Positions 33,816 to 46,688 of a stretch of DNA of 64,000 bases are shown in pieces; position 1 is the first letter of the stretch; every line of letters starts with the position of its first letter. Made by a program: the position numbers and the translations under genes. The notes under the pieces are model-generated. The model ran no database searches. It saw only the letters and a list, made by a program, of their open reading frames with translations, and was not told where the DNA came from. Source of the stretch: Dimorphilus gyrociliatus (lineage: Eukaryota; Animalia; Annelida); the NCBI GenBank assembly GCA_904063045.1, contig CAJFCJ010000009.1, positions 2,108,968-2,172,967 of the forward strand. Reading direction: 5' to 3'.

Positions 33816-36800
33816 TCAGTCCAAAGCCATTTTGGACTCATTTTCGAAAGCATCATTATGTAATTCAGCAATGGGTTCGTCTTCAACTCTTGAATCATAT
33901 TTCCATTTTGGAAATACACGTTTGTAAAGTGTCAAGAGTACTGTATCCATACTTTTAATTTGTCCGTCGAATACACATTTCATATGACCGTGTGTACCTG
34001 TTGTTAAGAATCTATATAATGTACATCGAATTAGTATGATAATTGGTTTTCATATTCTAATAGAGATTACTAGATAAACAAAAGTCAATCAAACTACTAT
34101 TGCAGAAAACCCAAAGGTAATGTAAACAATATTCCCTACCTAAGGCTTCTTTAATGTGCCCTCGTCTTCCGTGCTTTGTTCGAAGTTCTACCGGTTTGAA
34201 CCAGTCGATATCTTCCCGGTTAAAAAACATGTATCGCACAACAGCTGCTTTTCGATGAATTCTAAACGGGTGGCCACTTAAGACTATGCGTTTACAAACT
34301 ATTCTGTCTGGATCAGTGTTTAACAATGATCCGCAGCCAACCATTTGTAAGTCGCCATTTCCTCTCATTCGAAAGGCTAAAGCGGGTGCAGGTCCAAAAG
34401 TTATTGGCGCGTAGGCTGTTGCGACTAGAGTTCGGTCAGGGCGAAAATATCTTTCTAGTTTATGTTTGTTTGCATTTGTATGTTGGCTGAAAATTGCCTC
34501 AGCCCAGAAACGTCGAAAACCTAATTGAAAGATTAGCTGAGTCTTATTTTTAATTGAGTCCGTTCCAGATTCGGAGGATCGTTTCAAAAGAATATTTACA
34601 ACACTCATTTTCTGTTCGTGAGCTAAAATGCCGAAAACTGTTAGAGTACCCCGTTTCTTAGTGATTTCAATTGGAACTTTTTCAATGTGAATTCTAATAT
34701 ACGCTCCAGGTTGAGCTCCCTGTAGACTTTCTGTTAAGGTAGATAAGGCTCTTTTCTTTGCAGATTTAGAATTTGCTAGCTGAAATATTCTAGCGTAATC
34801 TGCTGGAAGATTCTCCTTAGGGTGCCAAGTTGACGTGCGAAAACTCTTTAAACCACGATACCTCTGGAAGCTGTTGGAAAAAATGTTTGCAATTATTTCA
34901 TTTTAACATTTAGAAATAGATGTTACTGAAGTGTAATTACTTTTCCTCTTGTACAGCAAAGTGTAAAATTCTCTTTTTTTTTATAAACATATAAACAAAC
35001 AAACCATTTAATCAACCTACACTTACAGCAGTGTTGAGTGTATAATATATATGTTATATGTTAAAATTCTCTATATTTTCTAATCGAAAAATATTTAACT
35101 TACCGTTCTCTTGCTGGAATATTATGAGGAGTATCCATTTCATCTGGAAACATTTCATCTTCTCTAGCTTCTCTCCATTGCTTTTCAAATTGATCTTCTT
35201 CCTCTAATATATTAGAAAGACAGATATAAGTAAATTAGACTATTTTTATCGATATCTTATATTACCCTGATCAATCTTCTCGTCATACGCTTTATCATTA
35301 TCTTCAACAGCAACTTCTTCCATTTCTTCTTCGCTCTCCGAGTCCTTTTCTGCATTTTCCATTCCTTCTTCATCAGATTCTTCTTCGTCTTCGTCGCCTG
35401 CTTCCATTTCGTAGTCTTCTTCCTCGTCTTCTTCGCTATCTTCATCATCATCTTCATCATCTATTTCTTCATCTGACTGTAAAATGCCATTTATCTGAAT
35501 GATTGAGTTTCTCATTGATATTTATCAAGTTAACCTCTACAATCCAAGCAGCTTGATAACCTGAGGTCCCTTTAGGTACTTTTTTCTTGGTTTTTATTTT
35601 CTTGTCTGCCTCTAAAAATTTTAATAAAAAGTCTCTGAATAATCAATAATTAATATTGTTTATAAATCTGTAACCGAATAATGCAGTTACTTTCAAAGTG
35701 CTATCAATATATTGTGTAAAAATAATCCACTGTTATACTCATTGAATCTATCGTGAAAATCGACAAATTTCATTGAATAACGTTGTAAACAACTTAATAA
35801 AAAAATATTTAGCTTTGTTTGGAGGTCCTAAATCGACTGTTAAGCTTTGGAAGCAAGCAAAAAATTCGGAATGGTATTTCTGGAACAAAAGTGCAATATA
35901 AGCAAATTCTACCTTCTAGTTCCTCTTGGGTGGGCCAAGTTTGTTCAGCAGCCATAGGATCAACTTCTGCTTCTGCTTCTAGCGATGGTCTTTTATCATA
36001 ATTGCATGTCTGAAGGACTTCAATACTCCTCATTTCTCTAACTTCTCTGATGCAGTTAGGATCAGGTATAGATTCAATCATTTTTATACCGAAATCTCCA
36101 TAACCAGGCACATGTACTAATGAGTTAGCCGTAAGATTTTGACTCCTCAAATAACCTGTAACTTTCAGCGTACCAAATCCAGGGATATCACCTTCATCCA
36201 ATTCAACATTTTCAGCCAACATATGAGGCCGCATTGCTGTTACAGAACGTTCTCGTACTTTTAGATTGCATAGTAAACGTAGCACTTGCAGACATTCGTT
36301 ATCTGTTGAAAATCCATATACTTTTTGATCAGGAAATCTATCAGAATATCTTGTTTTGAGCACATTTTTAGTTTTCGCATTAGCATCAGTACGAATTGTT
36401 GGTACTACAGTTGGTAAACCTTGACTAAATGCTGCATGCAATATTTTTCCTTCTCTTTCACCAAAATCACTTCCATCCGTAATCAATAAACAAACATCAG
36501 ACACTCTTGTAACGTCTAATACATTCATAACAGTCATTTCAGGGAATATAAACTCTAAACGTTTTTTGAATCTAGGCATAACAAGATGTAGTAGTCCACT
36601 TTCTGTTTTCGAACATTTTCCTTCGTCAGATCCAGCTGACTGCTCTATTTGACTTAATATTTCAGCAGGCCTAATTTTTGGATTGAGTATAAGAACTGTA
36701 ACTAATATAGGTGGTCCATTATCTCCTCCCAAACCCCGTTTCTTAGATAAAATCTCTTGACGTTTATTATGACGGCTTTGTTTAGCTTTAAGACGTCTTT

Positions 36801-37064
36801 CATCTTTTCCTAAATTTTTTTTTAATCTTCGGCTAATAACTTGAACACTCTGTCGACCTGCGTACAAAAAGCACGTGGTTTCAGTTTACAATTAAGAAAA
36901 GTAATAAAATCATTATAAAACAGTAAATAAATAAGACAAGGCCGTTCCGTACCTTTAGCTACCCTTTCTATCTCTCTCTTAGTTCTATGTTTTCCTGCAT
37001 TATGTTTTTTATTCTGTTGTTTTAAATTTCCGGGCCGATGTCGTAAATTTCCCTCGGTCGCCAT
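33816..37064 (-). CDS. TSR1: Pre-40S ribosome biogenesis factor TSR1, multi-exon
   Basis: [13 protein letters not shown]; [12 protein letters not shown]; acidic tract; [23 protein letters not shown]; [10 protein letters not shown]; [35 protein letters not shown]; [11 protein letters not shown]...YKRVFPKW. Confidence 0.96.
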
Positions 37065-37433
37065 TTTGAAAATTTGTACAGGGTCTCACTAAATACCGTA
37101 AAAACATAGTTGAAAAATAAAAAAGTTGTAAATATTACAAAATTTACGCCAAATTCGGCCTACCTATATATAGTTTAATTATTTAAATCAGTAAATATTC
37201 TACAAGATCAATAAAGGACTGCGAGTAAATGTGTGAAATTAATATATACAAAAATAACAATTACAACTAAGAAACTGTTACACTAAATCTTTTGTGTTTG
37301 AGCCAGAAAGATTTTTTTTATATTCCTCAATGTTTGTTATATCTAGCATACCCTTATTGTTTACTGTTCTAGATTTCAACTCAAGATAAGAAATATTCAA
37401 TAACTAATAAAAAAGAAGCTTGTAATGTTTACT

Positions 37434-39467
37434 TTAGCCCCTCTCAATGATCAAATCGAAATCAACACCTTTATACATAGATATAGGAAAAGTATTACTA
37501 ATTGTATTAGAAGTTTTTATTTCAAACTGTGATGATTGGTCGGAGTTTTTTCTAGATCTTTTATTATCTGCAATAGCTTTCCAAGTTATTAAATTTTTAT
37601 CATTCCCCTTTCTTACATTCGATACTTTTGAAGTTGAACTTGTAGTATTACTATTGTAACTTTTTCGTTCATTATTATACCTTGAAGTTTGTTTTGAGGC
37701 GTCCTTTATTGTTTGTAATGCAGGTGTTATTTGAGTAAATTGATTTTTTTGAGGTTCCTCATCTGGCGTCATTGATATGTTTGTTTGAGATTCTTTTTCT
37801 CTTTGCTTTATTATTAAAACACCATGTTGAAATGGATTTTCTGTTTTATCAGCATATCTTGTTGATGACTCTTTAGTAGTTTCTCTAGTTTCCATTGCAT
37901 TTGAATAAGCTAACAAAAATTTTCTTATGCCCCTTTCAAAGCTTGGTTTAAAAAGGAATTTAGATATAGAAGATAGAGTAAATGATAATAGAATCATAAT
38001 TATTGATATGATAAACCAGGTAGAAGCGTGGAAAGCAAATCTGTCAACCAAATGGTAACAAAACACTTTTTCAATATACCCAAACCAAATTGAAAAGAAC
38101 CACTTTGGGTTAAGTTCTACATCTGAATAGGAGCTATTGGATAAAATCGACGCCAGCCCTTTCAAATCGGAGCAGTTTACATACGGGTTTTTAGAAAATT
38201 CTAAAAATGATTGATTTTTTCCTCTAATGCAATTTATTCCATCCTTTTCAATTGAACAATTATGTTTGTAACAAGGTATTACCCTTTCTTTTCTACTTTG
38301 ATTAATATAGAAACTATTTTCAAGGCTACTATAATCCATTGAAATTACTGGACACACCATACCGTTTAGAAAGTGTGCTAAAAATAATGGAATTAATAAT
38401 AGAATCATTAATTTAGCTGCAAAAATACGATAGATTTCGCTTAAAATAGCAAACGATATTCCAGTATAATGGGAGAACCCTGTTCTATCTATTGGCTGTC
38501 GTTTAGGCTTATAGAATTTCGTTGAAAATGGAATTAATAGTATCATAGTTATAAGATAAAGTAGTCCAAAGGCTATACCTAAACTTATATCTGTGTTATA
38601 CCAGAAATGATTAAACTTCATTTCGAATGCTTCCACAAAATGTGAAACAGTTTTAGTATAAAATAATGACTTTTGTATGTTGTTGTTATTGTTGAAAAAT
38701 GTCCAATTTCTTTCAGATTCCAACAAATTTGTAAACCCTTGAATAGAATTGTTTCTATGGGATAGTGAACTATTATCCATTTGAAAGTTATCAAGAAAAT
38801 TCATTAACGATTGCGATAGGTCTTTATTTAAACTTCTAAATAATTTCGGTTGTTGAACTGCTACTAGAAGAAAGATGACGTTTAGAAATCCTATTAGGCT
38901 TATAAAAATGATAGAAAGGGTTACTAGAGAGAGGAAATATATTTTCTTGTTTCCTGTCAATGATGTTTTAGTTGTACACGAACAAGATGATTCTCTTTCG
39001 TCCATCTCTTCCTTTGCAATTTCAATAAATTCACGTAACTCCTCCTCTGTTAAACTTTTGGCTGTATTGCGAATTTTTTCTTGTATTTTTTTTATATATT
39101 GCCTGTGTAAGCAAATTTTAGAAAGTCTGTTACAGAAAGAACATAATGATTTCATCATTAAGGAGACGATTAAGATAATTAAAAGGAATATTATTGAAAA
39201 GAATGCCCAATCTTGAACAATAATTCTCCACTGTTCTTTCCTCTCATTCTTCCGAAAATTTTCAATTGGGAAATGATCAGGCCAAATGTAACTTAGATAA
39301 GAATTTAACAGTAGTTCAGCATTAGCTGGAGGAGGATTTATGTAATCTAGAGGCCATCTAGTGGCTATCCTAAACCAAATAGGTATGTGATATTGAAAGG
39401 AATAAATCTTGTTCCTTAATCCCATTAAATCGTTCACCAAAGCGATTTGGTGATTAACCGTAAACAT
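37434..39467 (-). CDS. Divergent prominin-like five-TM glycoprotein, 677 aa single ORF
   Basis: Five hydrophobic segments in prominin order, with Cys-rich CSFC after TM1. LMILLLIPLFLAHFLNGMVCP and FCYHLVDRF...FTLSSISKF resemble prominin TM4-LICxP and CxxxxDP-TM5. Many N-x-S/T sequons in both loops. Confidence 0.65.
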   Translation of the reverse strand: MFTVNHQIALVNDLMGLRNKIYSFQYHIPIWFRIATRWPLDYINPPPANAELLLNSYLSYIWPDHFPIENFRKNERKEQWRIIVQDWAFFSIIFLLIILIVSLMMKSLCSFCNRLSKICLHRQYIKKIQEKIRNTAKSLTEEELREFIEIAKEEMDERESSCSCTTKTSLTGNKKIYFLSLVTLSIIFISLIGFLNVIFLLVAVQQPKLFRSLNKDLSQSLMNFLDNFQMDNSSLSHRNNSIQGFTNLLESERNWTFFNNNNNIQKSLFYTKTVSHFVEAFEMKFNHFWYNTDISLGIAFGLLYLITMILLIPFSTKFYKPKRQPIDRTGFSHYTGISFAILSEIYRIFAAKLMILLLIPLFLAHFLNGMVCPVISMDYSSLENSFYINQSRKERVIPCYKHNCSIEKDGINCIRGKNQSFLEFSKNPYVNCSDLKGLASILSNSSYSDVELNPKWFFSIWFGYIEKVFCYHLVDRFAFHASTWFIISIIMILLSFTLSSISKFLFKPSFERGIRKFLLAYSNAMETRETTKESSTRYADKTENPFQHGVLIIKQREKESQTNISMTPDEEPQKNQFTQITPALQTIKDASKQTSRYNNERKSYNSNTTSSTSKVSNVRKGNDKNLITWKAIADNKRSRKNSDQSSQFEIKTSNTISNTFPISMYKGVDFDLIIERG

Positions 39468-40369
39468 AATTAATTATTTAAATATAGAAAGGAAACGTTT
39501 CTTTTTTTATTCTTTTATTTATGTTCTTATAATTATAGAAAAAAGAGAAATTTTAAATATTCAAAATACTAAACCTGCGTGTTAAAATAAAAAGAATTAA
39601 TAGAGGAAAATATGGCGGATATTACTAAGCCAATTAAGGTTCGTTTAGTACAATTTGATCAAAAAGAAAGTAAAGAAAAGAGAGAAAAAAAATAGTGGGG
39701 GGGTGGTAAGCAGAAAAGGCAAAGGCAACGAATTCCTTTCACTTTTTATTTCGAAGAAAGTTATTGTAATACGGTTGGGAGAAATAATCTGTGTGTTTAT
39801 GAAAGGTATGGGGCGGAGTTAATTAATTACTTATCAATCGGTAATATTGGCAGAGTTTTCATAATCAATGAAAAGCGATTTTGTATTTATTTCTCTTATA
39901 GTATTAAAGGTCATATTCGGTATTTGAGTCTTTATTATTCTTCGTTAATTAATCACGGTAATAAAGCAATAAATATTCCTTTTGTAAAAGTTTTTATTAT
40001 ACAATTAAATACAAGATTGAATCAAAAACGAGACAGAAAGAAAGTAGGAATTATTAGACAAAGGAAAAGTGTTTTCTTATACAAAGAATTAAATTGTATA
40101 AGATTAAATTTGTGGTCTTGGTTTTGGTCAATTTTCTTTATTCTAATTTCTGTTTTCGTTCATATTTTTATTTAACAATTCAATTTGAATTACTTGAATT
40201 AGGGAGGTAGCGAAAGAGAATAGATACAGAAAGATAGATAGTTTTTACAAGAAGAGAGGAAAATATCCAACTATTGCGTCATAAAGATTTTTAAGCACAA
40301 AGGTGTACATAAAGGAGTGGACAGGTAGAAGAAGGTAACGTGGGTGATTGACCTCATCAATGAACTTTT

Positions 40370-40846
40370 TTAGGTACAATTCTTCTCGCTTTCTATTTCT
40401 TCGAGGACCTTATTAAAGTCACATGACGCATCTGGTAAACTGCCTCGACGTTTTGATCGAAATGTTCTCAGAGCTTCCGAAGGCTTGTCTTTTTTATCAT
40501 CGTCAATAAGGAAAGAGACACTCTTTCGCCTCAAGGATGGTCGGTCTGGTCTATCCACAACGTCTTTTCTAATTGGCTGTGGGGGTGGTCTAAAAATTTC
40601 GGCCTCTGTTTCTTCTGAAGATATAGATAATTTATTATCCCGTCGCCTTCTCAAGCTACTTCTAGGTGTTCCAGAGGGTGATCTTTTATCCGGTAGACGA
40701 GAGTTTTTCAACTTCTTAACCAACTGTTTCGAGTTAGTCGATCTTTCCTCCCCAACCATTAATTTAGAGACGGAGATTCCAATCTTCTTCTGCTTCATTT
40801 CCATAAATAATTGACGGTTTATTTTAAATGCAGTGTCCTCATACAA
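40370..40846 (-). CDS. Hypothetical basic/Ser-rich protein (probably a terminal exon; start uncertain)
   Basis: 158-codon open frame, more GC-rich than its flanks, natural low-complexity composition, RRKSV and RRGSL motifs. No family recognised. Confidence 0.55.
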   Translation of the reverse strand: MYEDTAFKINRQLFMEMKQKKIGISVSKLMVGEERSTNSKQLVKKLKNSRLPDKRSPSGTPRSSLRRRRDNKLSISSEETEAEIFRPPPQPIRKDVVDRPDRPSLRRKSVSFLIDDDKKDKPSEALRTFRSKRRGSLPDASCDFNKVLEEIESEKNCT

Positions 40847-42212
40847 TTAGATAAAAAAAACTTGTTTTTTTTTCTTTTATAACGATATATGGCTGTTTTA
40901 TATGTATTTTATACGAATTATTTAATAGAATAATGAGGTTTTCTCTCTTGTTATTATTTTTTTTAGCAGTTTAGTAAATTAATTGCCGATTGATGAAGGA
41001 AGACTTTCAAAGAAAAGTAATGAATTTTTGTTGAAAAATATCTCTTGATTGAGAGTAGTTTCGCTTTAAGGGAGTAAAACTTGAATAGAAATGTTCTCTT
41101 TACAGCGTACACACCTCGAGCATAAAAACGCAATTATAAAATAGAACTGTTACAAGCGCCACATTGCGTTGAAAAAAAATTGGACGAGTCATAAGTTCGG
41201 ACGACGTTTTTGATTGAATAAAGCACGATTTAAACACTATTCCTATTAATCCGTAGATTGAAATATGCCACAGTTTCTTTTCTTTTTCATTTTAAAGTAT
41301 ATTATTTAAAATGGCTCATATTTTTTACAAGAAAAGAACATTGTGTTTTCTCTTTAAGAGCCTGGATAAAGTGAAGAAAATTCTAAGTGAATATTAGTGT
41401 TGTCGTTATTTGCTTAGTTGCCATCAACAAGCTGATGCCCTAGCAGTTTTATATATGTATTTATACAGGATCGTTTGTTGATAATAAATCATTTTTTAGT
41501 TAGAAATAGAAACAAAGAAAGAAAGTTAACTAATTTTATAAGGGTCAATATAATTTACACTGAGGGTATTATAGAGTTTAATTGAGCGTGGCTTACAAGA
41601 ACGAAACAATAGGTGTGAAATGAATAGGTAATAGGCTCATATATTGCAACTTTTTCCCTTTTTTTTACTAAGTCAGTCATTAAGGGGAATAAATAGGCCT
41701 CCTTGTGTTTTATTATTATTGTTATTCAAAGGAAGGGGCGGGAAGGCACGAGAATTAATTCAGCTTAATAAATACTATAGAATGCGATCCTAACGCATTG
41801 GTCAATATAATCTTTGTGCTATACTTTTCGAAAATATAGAACTTATATAAATACATATATACTGTAATTAGGTATATATGTGTATAGAAAGTAAGAAAGG
41901 TATATTTATGTTTAAATATATCGGATGAGAGTCTCATAAACTTTCATACTATAGATTTGTAATGGAAAGAATTTTGATATACTATGGTAAATAGTTTTCT
42001 CTCGATAATTTTCCTAGTAAATAATCTATTAATTTTAAGGTTTTTTAATTGTCTACAATAATTTCCGGATTAACCGGCTTAAATTGACATTTTTTTCATT
42101 TTGCCATAAAATATCAATATATTCCCGCTTTTAGATCATGATTGAGAATAGACCTTTGTAGGGGGTTAAACTCCTTAAAGAGGTGATACCAAGGCAGTTC
42201 CAATCAAGTGGA

Positions 42213-45200
42213 TTAGGAAAACGTGTCGTCTAAAATGGCTTCTACTTGTTTTTTATGTACTTGGCCTACACCAACTGCTGGCATACACAAGACGTCTCTT
42301 CCAGCGTAACGTAACTGTTTCAGAGAAATGCGAAGGTCAATTTTTCCCAGAATGAAAACAATACATTTAAGTACTAATATAATGAAATCGGAGTTGGATA
42401 ATGGACTCTTACTTTTTTGCCAACAATATTCTCAAATCTAGGGTTAATGAACGACCAAGCGCCTTGATTCTTATGTTCTTCTTGGCTCCATACGAAATCT
42501 AATTGTTTCATTTGTATTGGAAAAAAATAGAATGTAGCAAAGAAAGTGATAATAGATTGGATAGATTATCCAATTATGATATTTTTTGTTAAAAGTCTGT
42601 AATCTAAATAATTATTACACTGACCTGTAGCATTTTGGTATTTATCTAGTTCCTGTCTGATCGACTCAACTGGAAACGGACAAAGCTCCTATTTTTAGCA
42701 GGGTAAATAAATTCATTAATTTTCGCCCATTTATAAAAATTTTCTTTATTGCAAATAAATTTACCTCTAGTCTTATTATTGCTAGATCTTTAATTCCGCG
42801 CTTACTCCTCTCAGCATCAAGAGCGTAAAAGTGTTTACCGCAAACGAACACAATTTTCTTAATAGCTTTAGGATCGATTGTCTGCGTATCTTTTAAAACT
42901 GGTTGAAATGACGTTCCTGGAGCAAATTCTTCCAAAGATGAAGAAGCATCCGGATATCGTAGCAATATTTTTGGACTTGCCATAATTAATGGTTTTCGAT
43001 AATTTCTCACCATCTATCGATATAACAATTATTGCTTTTCAATTACTCTTGTATTTTTTTGTTTTATAGCTTTGTTAGATTTTGTCAATAAAAAATCACT
43101 ATTTAATTTTACCTGTCGTCGTAATAAATGAAAATATTGCGCTGGTGTTGTCGGATTTGCAATATGCATATTAATATTAGAACCGTCAACTTTTGAATCA
43201 GAACTATCGCACAATTGTAAGAATCTTTCTAATCTACAGGATGAGTGCTCCGGTCCGGCACCATCAAGACCATGAGGTAGAAGCATTGTTAGTCCACTTT
43301 GTAATAACCATTTAGCTGATAAAAAAAATAGCACATTAAAGAACTAGTTAAATTATAGAAGTTATGTAAGAAACTAACTTTCACCACTTGAAATGAAAGT
43401 ATCGATAATTATTTGAGCCCCATTAAAGAAATCACCAAATTGAGCTTCCCATATAGGCAGAGTATTGGGATTTTCAATACTCATACCATATTCAAATGCC
43501 AATACAGCTTCCTCAGACAAAAGACTGTTAGCAATCTTGACAAAAAAGAAATATAGGAATTTAATAAAGTTAAGATTTTCTAAAATTTGCTTTTACTTCT
43601 AAAAATCCTTTCTGATTTTCAATTATATTATTTAATGGCACAGAAATTTCATCCGTTTCTTGATCAACAAGCATCGCGTGACGATGACTGAATGTCCCTC
43701 GACCGACATCTTGACCGCAAATTCTCACATTAAATCCTTGACATAGGATAGAACCGATCGCCAACGCTTCAGCTGTTGCCCAATCAAGCCCTCTACCTTC
43801 CGTTAATTTTTCTATTCTTTTTCTTATGTGTTGCTTTGTCAAAGTCGGGTGGACTTGCTAAAAAGAAAGGTAACTTATGCAGCTTGTTTTGCAGTATTTA
43901 TAAATGAATAATAATTTACAATTGACGTTGGATATTCAACAGATCTAGCTCCAATAAATTTCAACAATTGAGGGTCTAAGCCAGTATCCCATACGTCCAA
44001 GGAATTAGATGGCTGAACTAAATTTGCCCATTTTTTTTCCAAGTGATTTGCTTTTGGAATGTAAGTCTCCATTTGATCGTGATTCTCAGACAAAGTCTTA
44101 TTCCATTCGGCAACTTCTTTATCGAGTTCGTCTCTACTGCACACATTTTGTGACTAATAAAAAAACAGAAAGAAATATTATGAATTTAATAAACTCAGGA
44201 TTTGTCGACGCGTAAATAAATATATTTTTAAATGAATTATTTTTAATCATTACACAGATTTCGGTGGCGAATAAGTTAGCTGTACTCTCTCGATTTCTTA
44301 TTTTGTTGTACATAATCGGCTGAGTAAAACTTGGTTCATCTAGTTCATTGTGTCCGTACTTTCGATAACAAACAAAGTCAATAAAAACGTCTTTTCGAAA
44401 TGTTTGTCTAAAATGAAGTAAAGAAACAATAAGCTATCAAGTAATGATTATTAAAGCTAAATAAACTAATTAACCTATATTCAAAGGCTAGACGACATGC
44501 TCTTATTACTTCTGATGGAGAATCAGAGTTTACATGAAGAACAGGATAGCCATTCATTTTTGCAATACAACTGCTATAGGAACTTGACCTATTGAAAAAT
44601 ATGACCTTGAAATTTTTTTCATAAAAAATTAATTCAGTGACCTTCCTCTGTTTGGTTCTGTTGTAAAACCAATCTGATTGTTTATGATAAAATGAACGCT
44701 ACCGCCAATTCGAAAGTGAGGCGTATTCGATAAAGCCAACGACTCAAATACAATACCCTAAAAAAAGACATTTAAAAGCTTTAGGTAATCCATAATTCTT
44801 AGGAAAATTCAAAAAGAAATACCCTTACCTGACCTACAAAAGCGGCGTCCCCGTGTATTTGTAGACATAATGCTGAGTCACCTAATCTACTAGATGGATC
44901 ATTGCTATAATCCCCGACAGCGTTCGATTGTTCTTTTGCTCGTGTTTTTCCCATTGCAACAGGATTAACAGCCTAATAAAGTACGCACACAAAAAAATAT
45001 AAGGATTAAGAGGTGTTGAGTGTAAAAGTAATTTACTTCCAAATGGGATGGATTAGGAACCATTGAACAATGGATAGAACTATCACCGTACTTCAAGTCA
45101 ATAGAGCTTGCTAAATGAAAAGAAGTGAATGAGGATATATTTCTCTTAATTTGAAGGAAACTTATTAAGTAATCTACAGACTTAGATGGGATAAAACGTC

Positions 45201-46519
45201 TCCATCACCGTTCACGTCATCGGGAAACTCTCTCATCCCATTCATCTAAAAACAATAGAAATGTTAACGTTTACTTCGAAATTTAATCAAATTAAACAAA
45301 CCTTTCTAAACATAGAAACTGCTGGATATTCTAGTAAACAAGCTAATAGATTCAAGCGTCCTCTATGAGCCATGCAGATTACAACATCATCCAATCCATC
45401 TAAGGAAAAATGTAAAGGTCTAAAGATAATGTATTAAAAGTTAATTTCTTACTATTAGCGGCTAAATTGAACAATTCATCATAGAAACATATGGCACTTT
45501 CTCCACCTTCTGCTCCGTATCTTTTAACAGTATTAAATTTTGTAGCCAAAAAATGATCAAAAGCTTCAGATTTTAACATCAGTTTGGCAAATTTTACTTT
45601 CTCTTCTTGAGATAACTGGAAGTTGGTTGATTCTTCAAATTTTTTTGCAAGCCATTCCCTTTCAGTAGGACACTAGAGAAAAAAGATGTTAAGTAACTAC
45701 AATTGAAAAATAGGGAATAACAATATATATATATATATATGTGTGTATATGAAATATTTACTGATAAATGCTCCAATTCTATAGAAACATTACGATTGCA
45801 ATAAATATCTTCTAATTGATTTATAATCTCTTGAACAGTCATCTGATCTTTACCACTATATAGGAGGCCATTTGTCATAATGGATTCAGTGCTATTCTCC
45901 AAGCCATATTTTTCTGGCATAAGTTCTTCACGATCACTAAATAGAAAATTCTCCAGTGAAATTGTTTATGTTAAGAGACTGGCTTACATTGGGGTTTTCA
46001 ATCCGAGTGGATCAACAGGCGCTTTATAATGCCCATGGGCCCGGTAGGCTTGTATAAGCCTATATATGTTGCTGTGATTAATTTGGTTTTGTAGTTCTGC
46101 ATCTGTTTTTACAAAATACAAGTAGATTTAAGAGTAGAATATCGGGTTTTAAGATGTAGAACAATATCATATCATATTTCCAAGAAATGTGAAAACTATT
46201 CAATGGCACTGAATTCTAAAATGACTAAAGTAAATATAAAAATAAGTTTAAAATGTTCATTTTACTGTTTAGATTTTTTAAAGTGTACTTTTGCAATAAA
46301 TCGATGTGTAAGGTTTCTCGTGAGCGCGAATATAAAGAAAAGAACAAAATTAAGCTCACTTTTCAATTCCACCTTGTTGGTTTCAAGCGTTGGTCGATAT
46401 CCATACACCCCGCTGTTGCTGTGATAACTACTAGCTCCATAATATAACGAATCTTTTGTTTTAGCAATTTTTAACTGCTTTAAAATTGCTGGACGATAAA
46501 ATTTGTGCAGACGAAACAT
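42213..46519 (-). CDS. DHTKD1: 2-oxoadipate dehydrogenase E1 (DHTKD1), intron-rich
   Basis: Mitochondrial leader then GVYGYRP; RYGAEGGES; LPNPSHLEAVNP; [13 protein letters not shown]; [13 protein letters not shown]; [22 protein letters not shown]; [12 protein letters not shown]; ends DDTFS*. Confidence 0.95.
46415..46428. promoter_or_regulatory. Candidate RFX X-box for IFT172, embedded in DHTKD1 coding exon 1
   Basis: GTTGCTGTGATAAC matches 13 of 14 positions of GTHNYYATRRNAAC; 261 nt upstream of the IFT172 ATG. Confidence 0.55.
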
Positions 46520-46688
46520 CTTGAAATAGAAGATACCAGTTTTTATGAAATATTTCGCACGTTTCGAAGGACTTCACAACATTCCATTTCAGCGCGCTCG
46601 ATCGTTGGAAAATTTTTCGAAACAATTTCATTTCTCTTGAAAGAATTAACTATTTATTGACAAAAACTTATAATATACCGATATCAAG

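Noticed and set aside
35246-35515. Acidic 89-aa ORF as a separate gene
   Set aside because: It is the acidic-tract exon of TSR1.
41417-41428. GTTGCCATCAAC X-box-like element
   Set aside because: Only one good half-site, non-standard spacing, and no recognised ciliary gene adjacent.
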